Source: Chrysomallon squamiferum
Taxonomy: Eukaryota; Animalia; Mollusca
Length of the DNA: 64,000 bases
Direction of reading: 5' to 3'
Assembly (NCBI GenBank): GCA_012295275.1
Contig: CM022671.1
Span: 8,246,001 to 8,310,000 of the forward strand
Part shown: positions 13,501 through 26,273 of the stretch, in pieces
Position numbering within the stretch: the stretch's first letter is position 1
Layout of the letters: the number at the start of each line of letters is the position of its first letter
Program-made: the position numbers and the translations under genes
Notes under the pieces: generated by a model
Told to the model about the DNA's origin: nothing
The model's input: the letters and a program-made list of their open reading frames with translations, nothing else
The model's database searches: none

Positions 13501-16500
13501 TGCCAATTTATGTGTGATTTATTTATTAAGTTAAACATACGACTATTGAATTAACTGTGTGAATGAGCATCTCTAGCATATTACAGATGATTTTTTTTGG
13601 TAGTTCTTTATTTAAATATTGTTTATTTGTAAGCAGAGTAAAAGTGTGGAGTCTACTGATGAGTCTATACTAGAGAAAAGGAGACAGTACAGTGGTGGAT
13701 CAGAAGCCAATTCTGACACTTCGAGTATAGCTTCAGATTTTGGTGATTTGTCTGGTTCAAGGCTTCCTGTTCGCAACATGGTCAGTTTAGCAACTGATAT
13801 TTTGTTTTCTTCAATTTATAAATATATACCAGTTAGTTATTATGTCATTTGAAGTACATCAGCAAAATGTCTTTTTTGAAAGGCATATTCTCATTTAATT
13901 ATGCCTCAGAAATGCAGTAAAAAGAAACAGAAATGTGCTCTTCAGTTGAACATTTTTTTTTTTTCATGTTATTATATGATAAAAACTGAGAGTTTAACAT
14001 TTTATTAACAGACAAAGACCTCCATTCCTAGCAGAAAATCGGGAATACCTGGGATTTCTGCAAAGAAGCAGATACCTGTTGTGAAAACTGGAATACCTCC
14101 GGCCAACAGTGGGATACCACCACCAAAAAGTAAAATGCCAACAACCAGAGCTTCCATAGGAAAACTGATTAACCCTGGATTGACAGAGAAAAGCAAACTG
14201 GCTTTTCCACGAGGCAAACCAAAACCAACTGTTTCTGGTCCAGTAAAGGCTGTGAAACCTGTTGGCCCTGGTCCTAAAATTGGCAGTGGTAAAATTATAG
14301 TCATTTATTTTTTTTAATTTACTCAGTGGTTGTTTGATATATATTACCCATGACTTCTTTAAATATAATGCTTCAATAAAATAAATACAAAAGTTAAAAA
14401 ACAAATGATTTGAGACGGATCATGATTTTCTTTTTATTGTAATTAATTTATTTGCAATAATACATTTCTGTAGAAATTGTACTTTTAAACGTGAAAATAT
14501 TTCTTTTCAATAATTAAACAAAAACACAATTTTAATAATTAAAAAAGGGCGATACTAGTAATTGTTTTGTTAATTATATTTTTGACAAATTGAGGAAGAG
14601 GTTTTTAGTTTATAATTATTTACATTTTAGGTTTTAATAAGCCAGAAATCAGTGCAAATGCAAAATCTAAGCTCTTGGTAACACCTCCAGTGAAGCAGTA
14701 TCAGAAAATTGGTATCAAATCCAGTGTTCCAGATCCAGTCAACAGACTGCCAGTGAACATGAGAACTCCTGTAAAATCCTCCTGCAGGCAAGTGTATTGT
14801 TTTTAAAACATTTTAAAAATCAGTGCAAAACATTTATTATTTATTTATTTATTTCATTTCATTTTTATTCTATTCTGTTTATTTTTATTTTTATATTTAT
14901 TGTTTCTTTTACTTTTTCTTTTATTTTCTTTTCTTTTATTTTTGTTTGTTTGTTTGATTATTATTTGGATATCCTTAGGATATTATTGTTTTCCATTTTA
15001 GTTCCACTTCATCAACAGACACTCCAAGCAGACGACGTTCATGTTTGCCAACTCCAAATAAACAAAGATTAAGTTCAGCTAATTCAATCCCTCCTAGGTA
15101 ATTGACTAATATTTTTTGTGTCTCCATAGCAAGAGGTGTTTATGTATGGATTATTTATTGTAATTTCAAGAAAATATCTTTAAAAACATTAATTAAAGAA
15201 ACATTAATCACCCCTAACAATAATTTGGTAGATAACAGTCACTCTGAATTCAAAAGTGTCTATAATAGAATTTTTTTTTTTTTTTTTTTTTTTTAATGTT
15301 CTTGGTATAAAATGCTGTTTTATCACTGTTAACAAAATTGCAAAACCTTCTCTAGTAACAAAACAAATAATGCTGATTTTATTTTGTTTGCCTCAGTCCT
15401 TTGACAAATCGCAGCAGTGTAAGCAGCAATGCCTCCACTGGTTCAAGAAAACTGCATCTGAGTGATGGCAGTGAATCTCCAGTGTTTACACACAATGGCA
15501 AGACTATTGGCTATAAGAACAGATCTGCTACAGTGAGCATTTATTTCATGTTATTCAAGTTATATTTCTTCATTGTGTTGGTAAAGATTTTCAATTAATG
15601 TTATGGTGTATTTTCAGCCATTCTTAAAGTTTAACAATTTAAATGGTAAATGAGTATTGCTGTAATACAACATAAGTAACAGGCAGATACATTTATTTAA
15701 CATTTTAGAGCTCAGTAAATACAAGATGTAAAATTGTGGGATTTTCATTTTGATTAATCACCTTCCTGTTGCCATATGGTAACCTTGAAACTATCATATT
15801 AAGAGGAGTAATATAGGTGTTGTTAAATCATTAATTTGATTTCAGGACATAAATGATGAATCACCAAGTGGTATGCAGGTGATTTTGTCAATAAGTAAAA
15901 ATTGCTTAAAGGATATCCAAAAATGTGGTTATTTAAAATCTTAAATGGATCATCAGACCAAGAATAAGAAAGAAAATATTGTGTTTCATCAATATATTAA
16001 AATTTAAATTTAATTTTATATTAAGTAACGAGCATTTTTGGATTTCCTTTTTTTTAAAAAAATAATCACTATTATTATCATCATTATCATGATTATTGTT
16101 ATTGTTATGTAATTTTTAACATAAAAAAGCACTGCTTTATTTTATTATTATTATTTTTCATATTTCTTCAATTTATTTCTATTTTGAAAGTTTACTAAAA
16201 CCTGTTTTAAGATTTGTGATGTTTATAATAAATGTTAAGAATTTATTTTTCTCTTGAGCTCTAACATTATTTTTCTTCTGTTTATGGCACTTGTTTAATA
16301 GCATTCATTTAATAAGTTAATTTTTAAACCAGTTTTCTAACAAACCATTATTGTCTTCACAAAACTAAGATCACCTTAGCTGATAGTAACCTCTGCATAT
16401 TATATTTCATAAAAAAACATATAAAAGAAATAACCACTGATACATTTATCTTAATAATTTGTATTACATCAGAAAAATCTAAACAATAATATTATATTGT

Positions 16501-16762
16501 TTCATAATTACTTTTTGAGTATATTATTTAAAGTTAATTTGTAATGAAAATTTAATATTAAATTTGAGTAAACTGCAGTTTTGAGTTTTGAAATGATTTA
16601 TATTTATTTTTTTTTTGTTTTTTTCAGCCAACCAGACATCCAGTGCAGAATACTCCTGACATACCAAAAAGATCAGTTTCAGCGTGGTCACCAGTGAACA
16701 GAAATCGTTTTTCAGTTGATGCTCATTTCCAATGCACCAAGAGAATAAATACCCAAAAATAA
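10584..16762 (+). CDS. GTSE1: GTSE1/PSRC1(DDA3)-family microtubule plus-end tracking protein, ~722 aa
   Basis: Exons 10584-10590, 10958-11080, 11268-11417, 11574-11631, 11893-12502, 12742-12891, 13349-13441, 13637-13780, 14012-14288, 14631-14787, 15002-15097, 15397-15532, 15846-15878, 16628-16762 (TAA). Has the GTSE1 N-terminal signature LIQDEIYDFDLNLSP..EEEVFFGPVGFTEK..SPL...EIVKEAH, several SxIP motifs and RRRSCLPTP. Two introns need GC donors. The start codon is inferred. Confidence 0.85.
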
Positions 16763-18816
16763 GTAGAATGATGTCTGCATGAAATTGTACAAATTGGCTC
16801 ATCTGTGATTTTTTTTTTTTTTTTTTTTTTTTAGTGGATTTACTTGTACATTAAGACAGTTCTTTAACAGTATATATTTCTAGAATCTCTTTAGTTATGG
16901 AGAAAAATGCATTTTGTCAGTGGAAATGTTTATTTTATCTTAAAAAAGAAACTGCAAACAACTTTTAGGTTATTGTAATTTATTGTCAGTTTCCAAATTA
17001 TAAATTATATTTTCTGCCTATGCCTCATAATAGCTTTTGTCTTTCATTTATAGATGTATGAAATCTCATGACTTGATATTTAACTTGTTTATCAGTATAA
17101 ATTGCCAACATTAATCAGAGTATTTAATGTTTTTACTTTAAAATCTGTTGCAAAGACAATGAATTACTTCTGAGATGTTTTCTTTTCAGTGTTATACATA
17201 CAGTTTGTGTAAATCACAAATAACACACAGTTCAGATTTTAAGATTTGATTAAAAATTCAAATACAATTCTTGAAGCTATATTTTAAATACATATTTACG
17301 GGGTTTGTAGGTATCAGTAAACTGAAGAATGGTTTGTTGATTTGTGTATTTAAATCATATTAAAAATGTTATCATAGTTTTATTATACTTTTACATGGTG
17401 TTCTGTTATCGTGATTTGATAGATAAAAGCATGTTTTGTTTTGGATACTATGCATAACAAAATTTGGTGACATTTGACTTTGATGACTATATAATTTTAA
17501 ATGTCTTTGTAATGGTAGTATGAAAATTATTTGATAATATACATTTTAAACTGCTAATGTTTATTATGCACAATTCTTTCAGTGACTCTCAGCATTAAAT
17601 TAGCATCAAACCCAATAAATAAACTATTAAATTATAGCAGTTTGTTTTATTTTTTCTATCTTTATTATAATTTTTATAATATAACTATATTTGAAAGTTT
17701 AAAAATTTGTATGTGTGAAATAAAAAAAAATAGTAGTAAATATAATAAATAAAAAGGGAAAGTTTAAAAGAAAATGTTTCTGCCAAATAACAGCAAGGGA
17801 GGTTTTGCATGCAGTTGAGGAAAAACTGTTCCTAAAAGATTTAGACAAACAGATGTTTTTGTCTGGAAAAAAATTATTAGATAGAAATATTTAAATAAAA
17901 AAATTTGAAATCAAGACTTACACAGTATGAAGCATTGTAATTTTATTAAAACAAACAAAACAACTGAGATATTTTTTTCTATTCATATTTCCCAATTTCT
18001 GTCTTTGATCAAATATTTGGATGTGAGACTACACTTGCTGTAAGGACCATTTAGAAGAATACCTCTACATTAAAACATTTGACATATCACTCCTACACAG
18101 AAGAAATTATATTACTTAACAATTTTATTACTGAGGATATTGTGAAAATAGCAGAGAAGTAGCAATGTTTTTTTTTTTTTTTCATTTCAACTATTGTAGG
18201 ATCAAAACCAAACTAAATACAATAATATGAAATCCACAATGAAATATGAAACATTAACAGAACAAAATGCTTAAATTTCATAAAAATGCACATATTCACC
18301 TTAAATTTTGCAAATGAAACAAAAAAGTAAGTGCACCTTTCAATCAAGTTTGGGGAAATGAAATTGTATTTAGATACATAATGTTAAATAAAAAATAAAT
18401 ATACTGCATAGCAATATATTTGATTTGATCTACTTTGGTTTTTTGTTTGCAAAAATCTGAGAGCTTTGTATTTAGATATGTTTCTGACATTTTTCAGCTT
18501 ATGGTACATGTGAACTTAGTTTTCCTCTTATTTTTAATATCTATATCTATTTTTAAATGCTATTTTTTCATTATTCTTTTTGTTTTATTATTATCTTTAA
18601 TATGGAGATAAAACAATATTTGAAAATCTTGTTAACAAATTATTGTAATATTTTAATACAAAAATACCAGACACCCACATACTTTTTTTATATTAACAAA
18701 CAAACTTGTAACAACTTTTTTTTTAAGCAGTAATAATTAAAAAGGATAACTCTTAAATATTAAACAACATCATAAATGCCAATTTGAATAAAGTATTAAT
18801 CTAATTTTTCAAACAT

Positions 18817-21800
18817 TTAACTTATATTTATTGTATAATTTGGTTTTTTGCGAAATAAACTAGTTAATGCCAATGAGTCTAAACCAAAATTAACATCACA
18901 TAGTTTCCTTTTCTCTCCAGATCTTCTGAAAACCTTGGATTCCTGACAGAGAAAAGAGAATAATAATATAAATAAAGTAAATTCTTTTAATGTCATGAAA
19001 GAATGTTGTATTCATCTATTAAATAACAGAATTATTAATTTATTATATAAATGACTGACCTGGTGTGGTTGTATAAAATTCTCTTGAAAGTTCCATTGTC
19101 TCCTTTCACAGAATACCATACTTGGCGTGCTAAGAATGTCGCCAACTGCTTCATCTGAAATTAATATAGAGCATCTTTAGATACTTTAATAATAATCAGA
19201 ACTCAAATGCTTTAACATTTCATAATCAATATTAAATGTTTTTCTTTTTAAAGATTTGATAAACACACCATCCCAGCAAAATACATAAAATTTATAATGT
19301 GATATCTTAATTTTTCAAAAGATTTAAATATTACATAGGCAAACAAACAAAACACACTGATAACAATTTTAATAGTTGGTTACTGAAGTGTACAAAGGAA
19401 TGATATAAGAAACAATTTATAGTTTCTGACTAACTTGCTTCTATCTGTAAATTAATTGTTGGTGAGTCTTTTTTACATCTTATTTTTCTTCTTATCACCA
19501 TTTCTGTGATAGAAAGTGAAGGAGAAGAGTTTCTGGAACTGCATTCCTATAATAAAAATACTTTTTTTTTCCATTTTATATAAAAATGCAAATTTGATGA
19601 CAGTAAAGTGATGTTAATGAAATAATAACTTCATTTTTTTTCACTGTTTCTTATTTTAATTGGTTATTATGATGATGAAAGTAAGTTATAGATGTAGTGA
19701 TCTATAATTATATGAAGTTATATTTATTAGTCTGAAAAGTAGAAACATGCCATCATATTGTTAAAGAAAAACAATTTTACCTCACAAGGAATCTTGGGAG
19801 AACTGAACAATGTGTTAAAGGTTTTTAAACATCTGAAACATAAGAATATTTTGATATAATATAAATGTTCCTTCATTGTGTTCAAATAAATAAAAAATAA
19901 AAAACCCTGAAAACAACTTATAAAATTATTTTTATGTATGGACATAAAAATATATTATCAATGAAATATAGAAATCCAAATTAAGTAATCCAAATTAAGA
20001 ATATTTAGAAAGACAGGTATTCTACTTCATGGCAATAAATTGGTTCCAATAAATGTTTCATATACATTTTATAAATGTTGCATAATAATTTTGATATAAA
20101 AGAGAGGATTTTCAAACTTACTGACCTGTTTTCTAATTTATTTTGAGAATTGTTATTTTGTGTAACCATATTAGGTGGATTACATATATTTTCTTCTTCA
20201 TCATTAAAATCATATACAGAAGTTTTGTTCCTTTTTTTTTCAGGAATAGTTTTTACCAAAATACCTGCGTCTTCTGACTTTGTATTGTTAAACACAGCTG
20301 ATTTTGATCTTGTTATTCTGGCTGTAAATACGTTATCTGGAGACAATTCTTTTGCATTTAAATCTTTCTTCATTTTATCGTGAGCTTTTGGGGTTTTTAG
20401 CAGTACTGGTTTTGGTTTTGATTTTCTCCTGACAGAAAAAACATGTGCTTTTTTTCTTCTCCTTTTCTTCTTATTTTGATTTGTTTGATCTAAAGTTACT
20501 TTAGTTGCTTGGACATTTTTACCTTTATTTTCATCTACAGATGCGATCTCTGTTTCTTTTCTTTGTGGCAAAATAGCAGCAACTGGAGAAAATACAGGTC
20601 TAACAAACATACTTCTAGTTTTATTAATCTGACATGAATCCTGGAAACCATTGTCACTATCAGAATTTTTTATCCCTGTTAAATATGTTCTTTGATCTGT
20701 TAGTGATTTAAATCCTTTGCCATTCATTCCACCTGTGGAATATGACTGGAATTCAGAACAGCATGTTGGTGTGTTTTGATGAGTTGAAGTATAGCAACTT
20801 GAAGGTTGTTTAATCATGTTTCCCTTCAAGCGCTTGATTTCAGCCATATGTTCTTTGTGTAGAGTTTCAAGTTGTTTTTTAAAATCTTCATTCCACTGAC
20901 CCATTCTTTCTTCAAACTGAGGAAGAGACAAAAAACTTCCATATTCGTTTTCTTGTTTTGCATTCTCCTTTGTTTTAAGTATGGACAACAATTTTGAAAA
21001 CATCTGGGCAAGATAGTTTTCTTGATTATAAAAATGGTTATTTAATTTCTCTTTGAATAATTTTTCAAAATTATTTAATTGTTTTTTTGATATTTCTTGC
21101 ATTTCACCTTTCAGTATCAGTTTTAAGTCATTTTGATCTTCAAAAGATATATGTGATGTCTTTTCAAACATCTTTTGCATTAGCCTTTCAATTTCATTGA
21201 TCTGTTGTTCCTGGAATGTACAGATTTGATCACTACATTCTCTTTTGTATGATGTATCCTTTCTTTTTATTTCTCTTTGGAATGTGGCCAGTTCATCCAA
21301 AATTCTATATAACACAATGCATAATTTATTTAAAAAATACATCATTCATGCAAAAAAATACAGTAATAAATTTTAGAACTTAATATTTAGTTTGAAAAAA
21401 TATATACCTGAATATTAAAAACAAAAATGTTCTAAATCCTGTTATATTTATGTTCACATTAATAAGCATTAAATTCAGATTCACAATCCATCATCTGCAA
21501 TTCTGCAATTCTGAAAGCTCTGAAAACTGGTCTGGTCTTTAACAAATATTTAAGAAGTAGGAGTAGAGTTGCCATTCAATATGTAATTGTTAAAATTTCT
21601 ATTTGATTTCACAGAACAAAAAAAAACACAAATGTGGACTGACCATTAAACTAATGGAAAATAAAATATTTCTACTGTACAAAAAATAAGGATGACCACT
21701 AATTTTTTTAATTTCTACTTCACCTTACTTTAATGTGATGCTAAAATTACCTTTTCTCTATTTGTTGCAGAATTTCTTCTTGAGAATGATAAAGTTTATC

Positions 21801-24775
21801 ACAATGCTTTATTTGTTGCTCAGTAAGTTTTTTGTGCTCTATGAATTGTGATTTCTGTAAATCTTTATTTTCCTTTGTCCATTCTAAGATTTGCTGAATA
21901 TGCAACTCTGTCTGCTGCTGTGATTCTCTGATTCCTTCCTGAATGGTCTTGATTACATTTTCTGAGCAGTCTCGCTGAAGACCTTCAATAACTTTTTCAA
22001 GTGTGACAATTTTTGCATCTTTCTAATAATTAAAAAAGATTAAAAAAACAAACATTTATAAAATATTATAAACTAAATATTTGTCCATAAAACCTTACTA
22101 AATAGTTTTTTAAAAGAAGTTACACAAAGGAGAGTCATATACTCCTTATATATTTTTTGTTCTAAAGGTTACTTTAACATTTTTAACAATTGTCTTTTAA
22201 AGTAATATATATTATAAAAGTAAAATAAATGGTTAAAACTGACATGAAAAGAATTACATTAAAATGGTGTTTATATTTATTAAAATATTTTCAATATACA
22301 AAAATAAAAAATAAAAATAATATATTTGCTGAGAACTCACCTTAGCTATGTCAACCTCCAAGGAGTGGACTTTTGAAGAATTTACATCTTTTTCCATAAT
22401 GCTGTCAAACATTTTATCTTGAAACTTACACAAATCTTCTAAAACTGTCATGAATATGGGGGGAAAATAATAAACATATATACATATATACACACAAAAT
22501 TAAATTAAATCAATAGAAAGCATAAATATATTTTTTGAAATATTGTAACAGCTATACATTTTTTTTCAACTAATCATTATTAATCTTGACCAAATATGGA
22601 TATTCTGGGGTTTATTGAATTTTTGAAATATTATTAAATGTTATAATTGTCTGATTGGATTTTATTTTATTTTATGTAAATTTTGAAGTTAATTAAGGCT
22701 TACATGTACTTATTGTCTGTTCTATTTTTTCTGAAGAACTGTCATGCTGAGATTCAATCCTTTCCTTTAATGAATGCAGTGTAAATTTCATCTGTTTAAA
22801 AAACAAAACAAAAATTTTATTTTAAATTTCATATGGAGCATGAATCCTTTTCTATCTATATTCACTTTAACTTTTTTTTAGAATATATTAGTCATTATTC
22901 TAGTAACAATGTATGTCTTAAAACAAAATAACATTATAATGATACTAATGGAAAAACATTCAGTTTTAGAATTAGAGTTTAAAATCATTTAGAATACCTA
23001 ATACAAACATTTTAAAGACAATGTTGTTTTTAAATATGATACCTCTTTTGTACATTCCTGTACTGTTTTGATGACTTGTTGGAGTAAGTCTGAAAAAAAA
23101 AAAAAAAAAAAAAAATCATAACAAAACAAAAATAATACATAAACAACAGTAAAAAAATAATAATAATAAAAAAAAAAATTAAATGAAATAAAATAAGACA
23201 ATAATGATATATATAAGAGAAGAATATGGACTATTTCATTTAAATGATATTATATGCATGTATTTTCTAAGATTAGATGTTTGTTAGTTATTTATTTTTC
23301 ACTATATTTTGATCCATTTTATACTATGTTGCAAACTGTTGCTCAAGTTAAATAATTATTATAAAATATGGACCAATCTAATTTTATCTGATGAATTATA
23401 TTTCACAATATAGATTAAAATGCTAATTTTACATTTTGTTTAATCTTCTTTATTATATTGATAATTTGAGGTACTTTATTAAAACCTCAAATAAATATGC
23501 AAATTACCTTTCATCCCTTTCTTTAGCTTTTGCCTTGTTCATTTGAATTTGTTGCTGAAAGGGTAATTCATTCATGGGTGTTTCTAATTGAGTTACGTTG
23601 CTCAAAGCCAATGGTCCTGAAGTACTTTTCAAAGATTTTTGTTTTGCAGAAATAGTTTGCATAACTGGGATTTTGGCTTTCCACTTATCATAGAAAGAAG
23701 GTCTTTTATTAGGAATCATGCCATTTGACTGAAAATATTAATTTTGAAATTATTAACCAAGTAACCTGTAAGCTGAAATTATTTTTCTTTTCATTTAAAA
23801 CATATGGCCTTGGTTATTATGTATGAAATTATCATTAACAATACTTTTATTTTAATCTTTGTGAAATGATGAAGCAATTAATTGATAGATTAGTTAAAGA
23901 AAAGAGAAAAAAGAATACAGAATATATTAAATATAAAGAGAATCTTTTCAGACTTAAACAGCTGACAAATGACATTTTTCTTACCTCAGGCTGAGATCCA
24001 CCAGAATGTTGTGTAAACATGTCTTGAGTATTTATTTGTGAAAATTCAAACTGTGAATTCTGACTGTGTTCAGACCACTGATTTCTGTTTTCATTCCTGT
24101 CACTAGTTTAATTAATAAACAAAAACAGCTAATTATCAGTTTAATAAATAACATAAATATTCCACAATTTTGTATTTTGAAATAGAAAGGTATAAGAATA
24201 TGACTGAGATAATGGACTTTTTTTGTATTAATTTTGGATTTATATTGATTTTGTCCCCCCTGTTTATGATAGTACAGAATAACAATAGTTAAGGAATAAA
24301 TTAGAATATTTTTACATGACATATGTGAAAATAAATTTGATTATTATTAATTTCTTTTCTATTTAAGTTTGATGTAACTGATATTTAAAAAATTCTGGTT
24401 ATAGTATTATTTGCATTTAAACTGTAAAATCATAAAGATTAAAACATTAATAAATATCAAACTGTTGCAAAATGATATCATTTGTGAAAAGGACTTTGAA
24501 AATCACTTATGTTACTTTTTAATTTAACTTGGATTTATTTTTAATTACTATCAAGTCTATGAAATAAAACATTTTATAATTAAATAAATTAGTAGTGAAT
24601 AATTATCAAACTTTGGAATACCTCAGTGAATATATATAAAACAATATATATTGATGGAGTGGTGAATGTGATTATCATAATGGATAGATAAATAAATTAA
24701 AAACAATGTGCATTTTACATACTTAAAACTGTCAGATAGTAATTCTCTGGTGGAAATAACATTCTTCTTGTACAT
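18817..24775 (-). CDS. IHO1: IHO1/CCDC36-like (Mer2-family) meiotic double-strand-break coiled-coil protein, ~820 aa
   Basis: Exons 24775-24723, 24102-23985, 23728-23508, 23089-23043, 22791-22704, 22444-22341, 22022-21751, 21304-20126, 19832-19781, 19546-19435, 19154-19060, 18942-18817. Motifs MYKKNVISTRELLS, NSQFEFSQ, PSFYDKWKAK and QQIQMNKAKAKERDER occur in the same order as recalled vertebrate IHO1 motifs (MNFNVWNIKEMLS, DSQFLFGSQ, PSIFTKYQTK, EQFEEKKKRAKDKCD). These are followed by a long coiled coil and a basic disordered tail. The gene is head-to-head with CIMIP7. One junction (23508/23089) is out of phase. Confidence 0.7.
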
Positions 24776-25489
24776 CCTTTCTGATTCTTTAAATAGCTAT
24801 ACCATTTGATTGTGTCTTGATTAGAGAAATATTATTGTCACCATTCAGAAATCTGAAGCACAAAAAAAGAAAAAAAAGATGAGAGAAATCATAATCTATA
24901 TGGATTTTTGATGTTCTTTAGACTTGCTTTATAAATTTCAAATGGATGTTCTTCATTTTAATTCAAGCAATCACTGCAGTATAGTTAATAATTCTATATT
25001 TTGTTTAAATTCAATTTTTCTTCTTTCTTATTATTAATTGTAGAATCAATTATTTTTTGATACATTATTATTATTATTGTAGCCAATATAATATATATTA
25101 TTATAAATATAAATGGATTTACTAATTTTTAACAAGATTTTTAAATATAAAATAATCAAATTACACTCCAGAGAACTATTTGTTCATAACATTTATTATT
25201 ATATATTAAATAAATAAAAATTTAAAAACATATTTTATATTTAAAATGTACTAATATCCAAATCTGTAATTATGTTGTTACATCAGTCATTCTCTATAAG
25301 CCAGGCATAGATTAGGTGACTCATGACTGTAATTAAATGCATAATTATAAACAAAATTTTCTTAGAATATAAAGCTCTTGTAAGCTTATGGAATTCTGAT
25401 TCACTGTAATACTACATAAATCTGCAACTTTAAAATATTTCTATCTTGCTGAAATGAAGAAAAAACATATATATATATTTTTTTTTAAC

Positions 25490-25837
25490 TCGACACCCAA
25501 GTAAGATAGCGAGCTTGTAGCAGACGATTTTTCTAACCGGAAATGCCACTTCGCGATTTTCCGGTTGTAAACGAAAAATACCGAAAAAATGGATATCTTG
25601 CACCTGTTCGGATTGGCGTTTGAATGTTCCGCGTGATCACGTGAAAGACTATTTTAATATCAATGAGCCAACTAACAACAGTAAACATAGATTGTTTATT
25701 CCGCTTTAGCGCTGCGGTGCTTGGATACCTCGCACTGCAAAGGAAGTTGTATTATGGAGGCTGTTTCTTTTTATCGTGTGTAGCAATGAGTTGTTTACTT
25801 ATTGGTAAACCATACCGGTAATATTAACTTTGTTAAA
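25490..25837. promoter_or_regulatory. Putative bidirectional promoter IHO1-like / CIMIP7
   Basis: CpG-rich patch between divergent genes. Inverted pair AACCGGAAA (25535-25543) / TTTCCGGTT (25558-25566), reverse CCAAT followed by TTTGAA (25619-25624), TCACGTGA (25637-25644), forkhead-like GTAAACA (25681) and TGTTTAC (25793). Confidence 0.65.
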
Positions 25838-26242
25838 ATGACAAGCAGTGTCGTCGGAAGCTGGGTAAGATTCTTTTAAAAATATTAATTCAGCCATAAT
25901 AGTTTTTCAGCACTGTTTGATATTCGTCATATTAATTCAATATTATTTTTCTTTTGAGTGGTGAGAAAAAATGTTTTGTGGCTTAAAAAAAAAAAAATGA
26001 AATAAAATTAAAAAAAAAAACATATATATTTTTTCTTTATATATATGAAGATGATAAAATGAAATAAAAAATAGAAGAAATAAAAAAAAGTAAATGTGTA
26101 ACAATAATAAAAACAAAGAGTTAATAGTTATGCAGCCATATTCCTGCTTTTTGTATATATAGAAACAATATTTAATATCTGAACTTTAATTTATTCTTTT
26201 AAATTCTTTCCCTTAAATTTATTGGATGTTTGTGTGTGTGTG

Positions 26243-26273
<31 letters not shown>

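Noticed and set aside
11797-14404. Minus-strand ORFs overlapping GTSE1-like exons
   Set aside because: Antisense to well-supported coding exons.
15768-15783. Palindrome-like GTTGCCATATGGTAAC resembling an RFX X-box
   Set aside because: The spacer is longer than in the canonical X-box and it lies deep in an intron of a non-ciliary gene.
20005-21345. 446-aa ORF as a standalone gene
   Set aside because: It is the large internal exon (21304-20126) of the IHO1-like gene plus intronic flanks.
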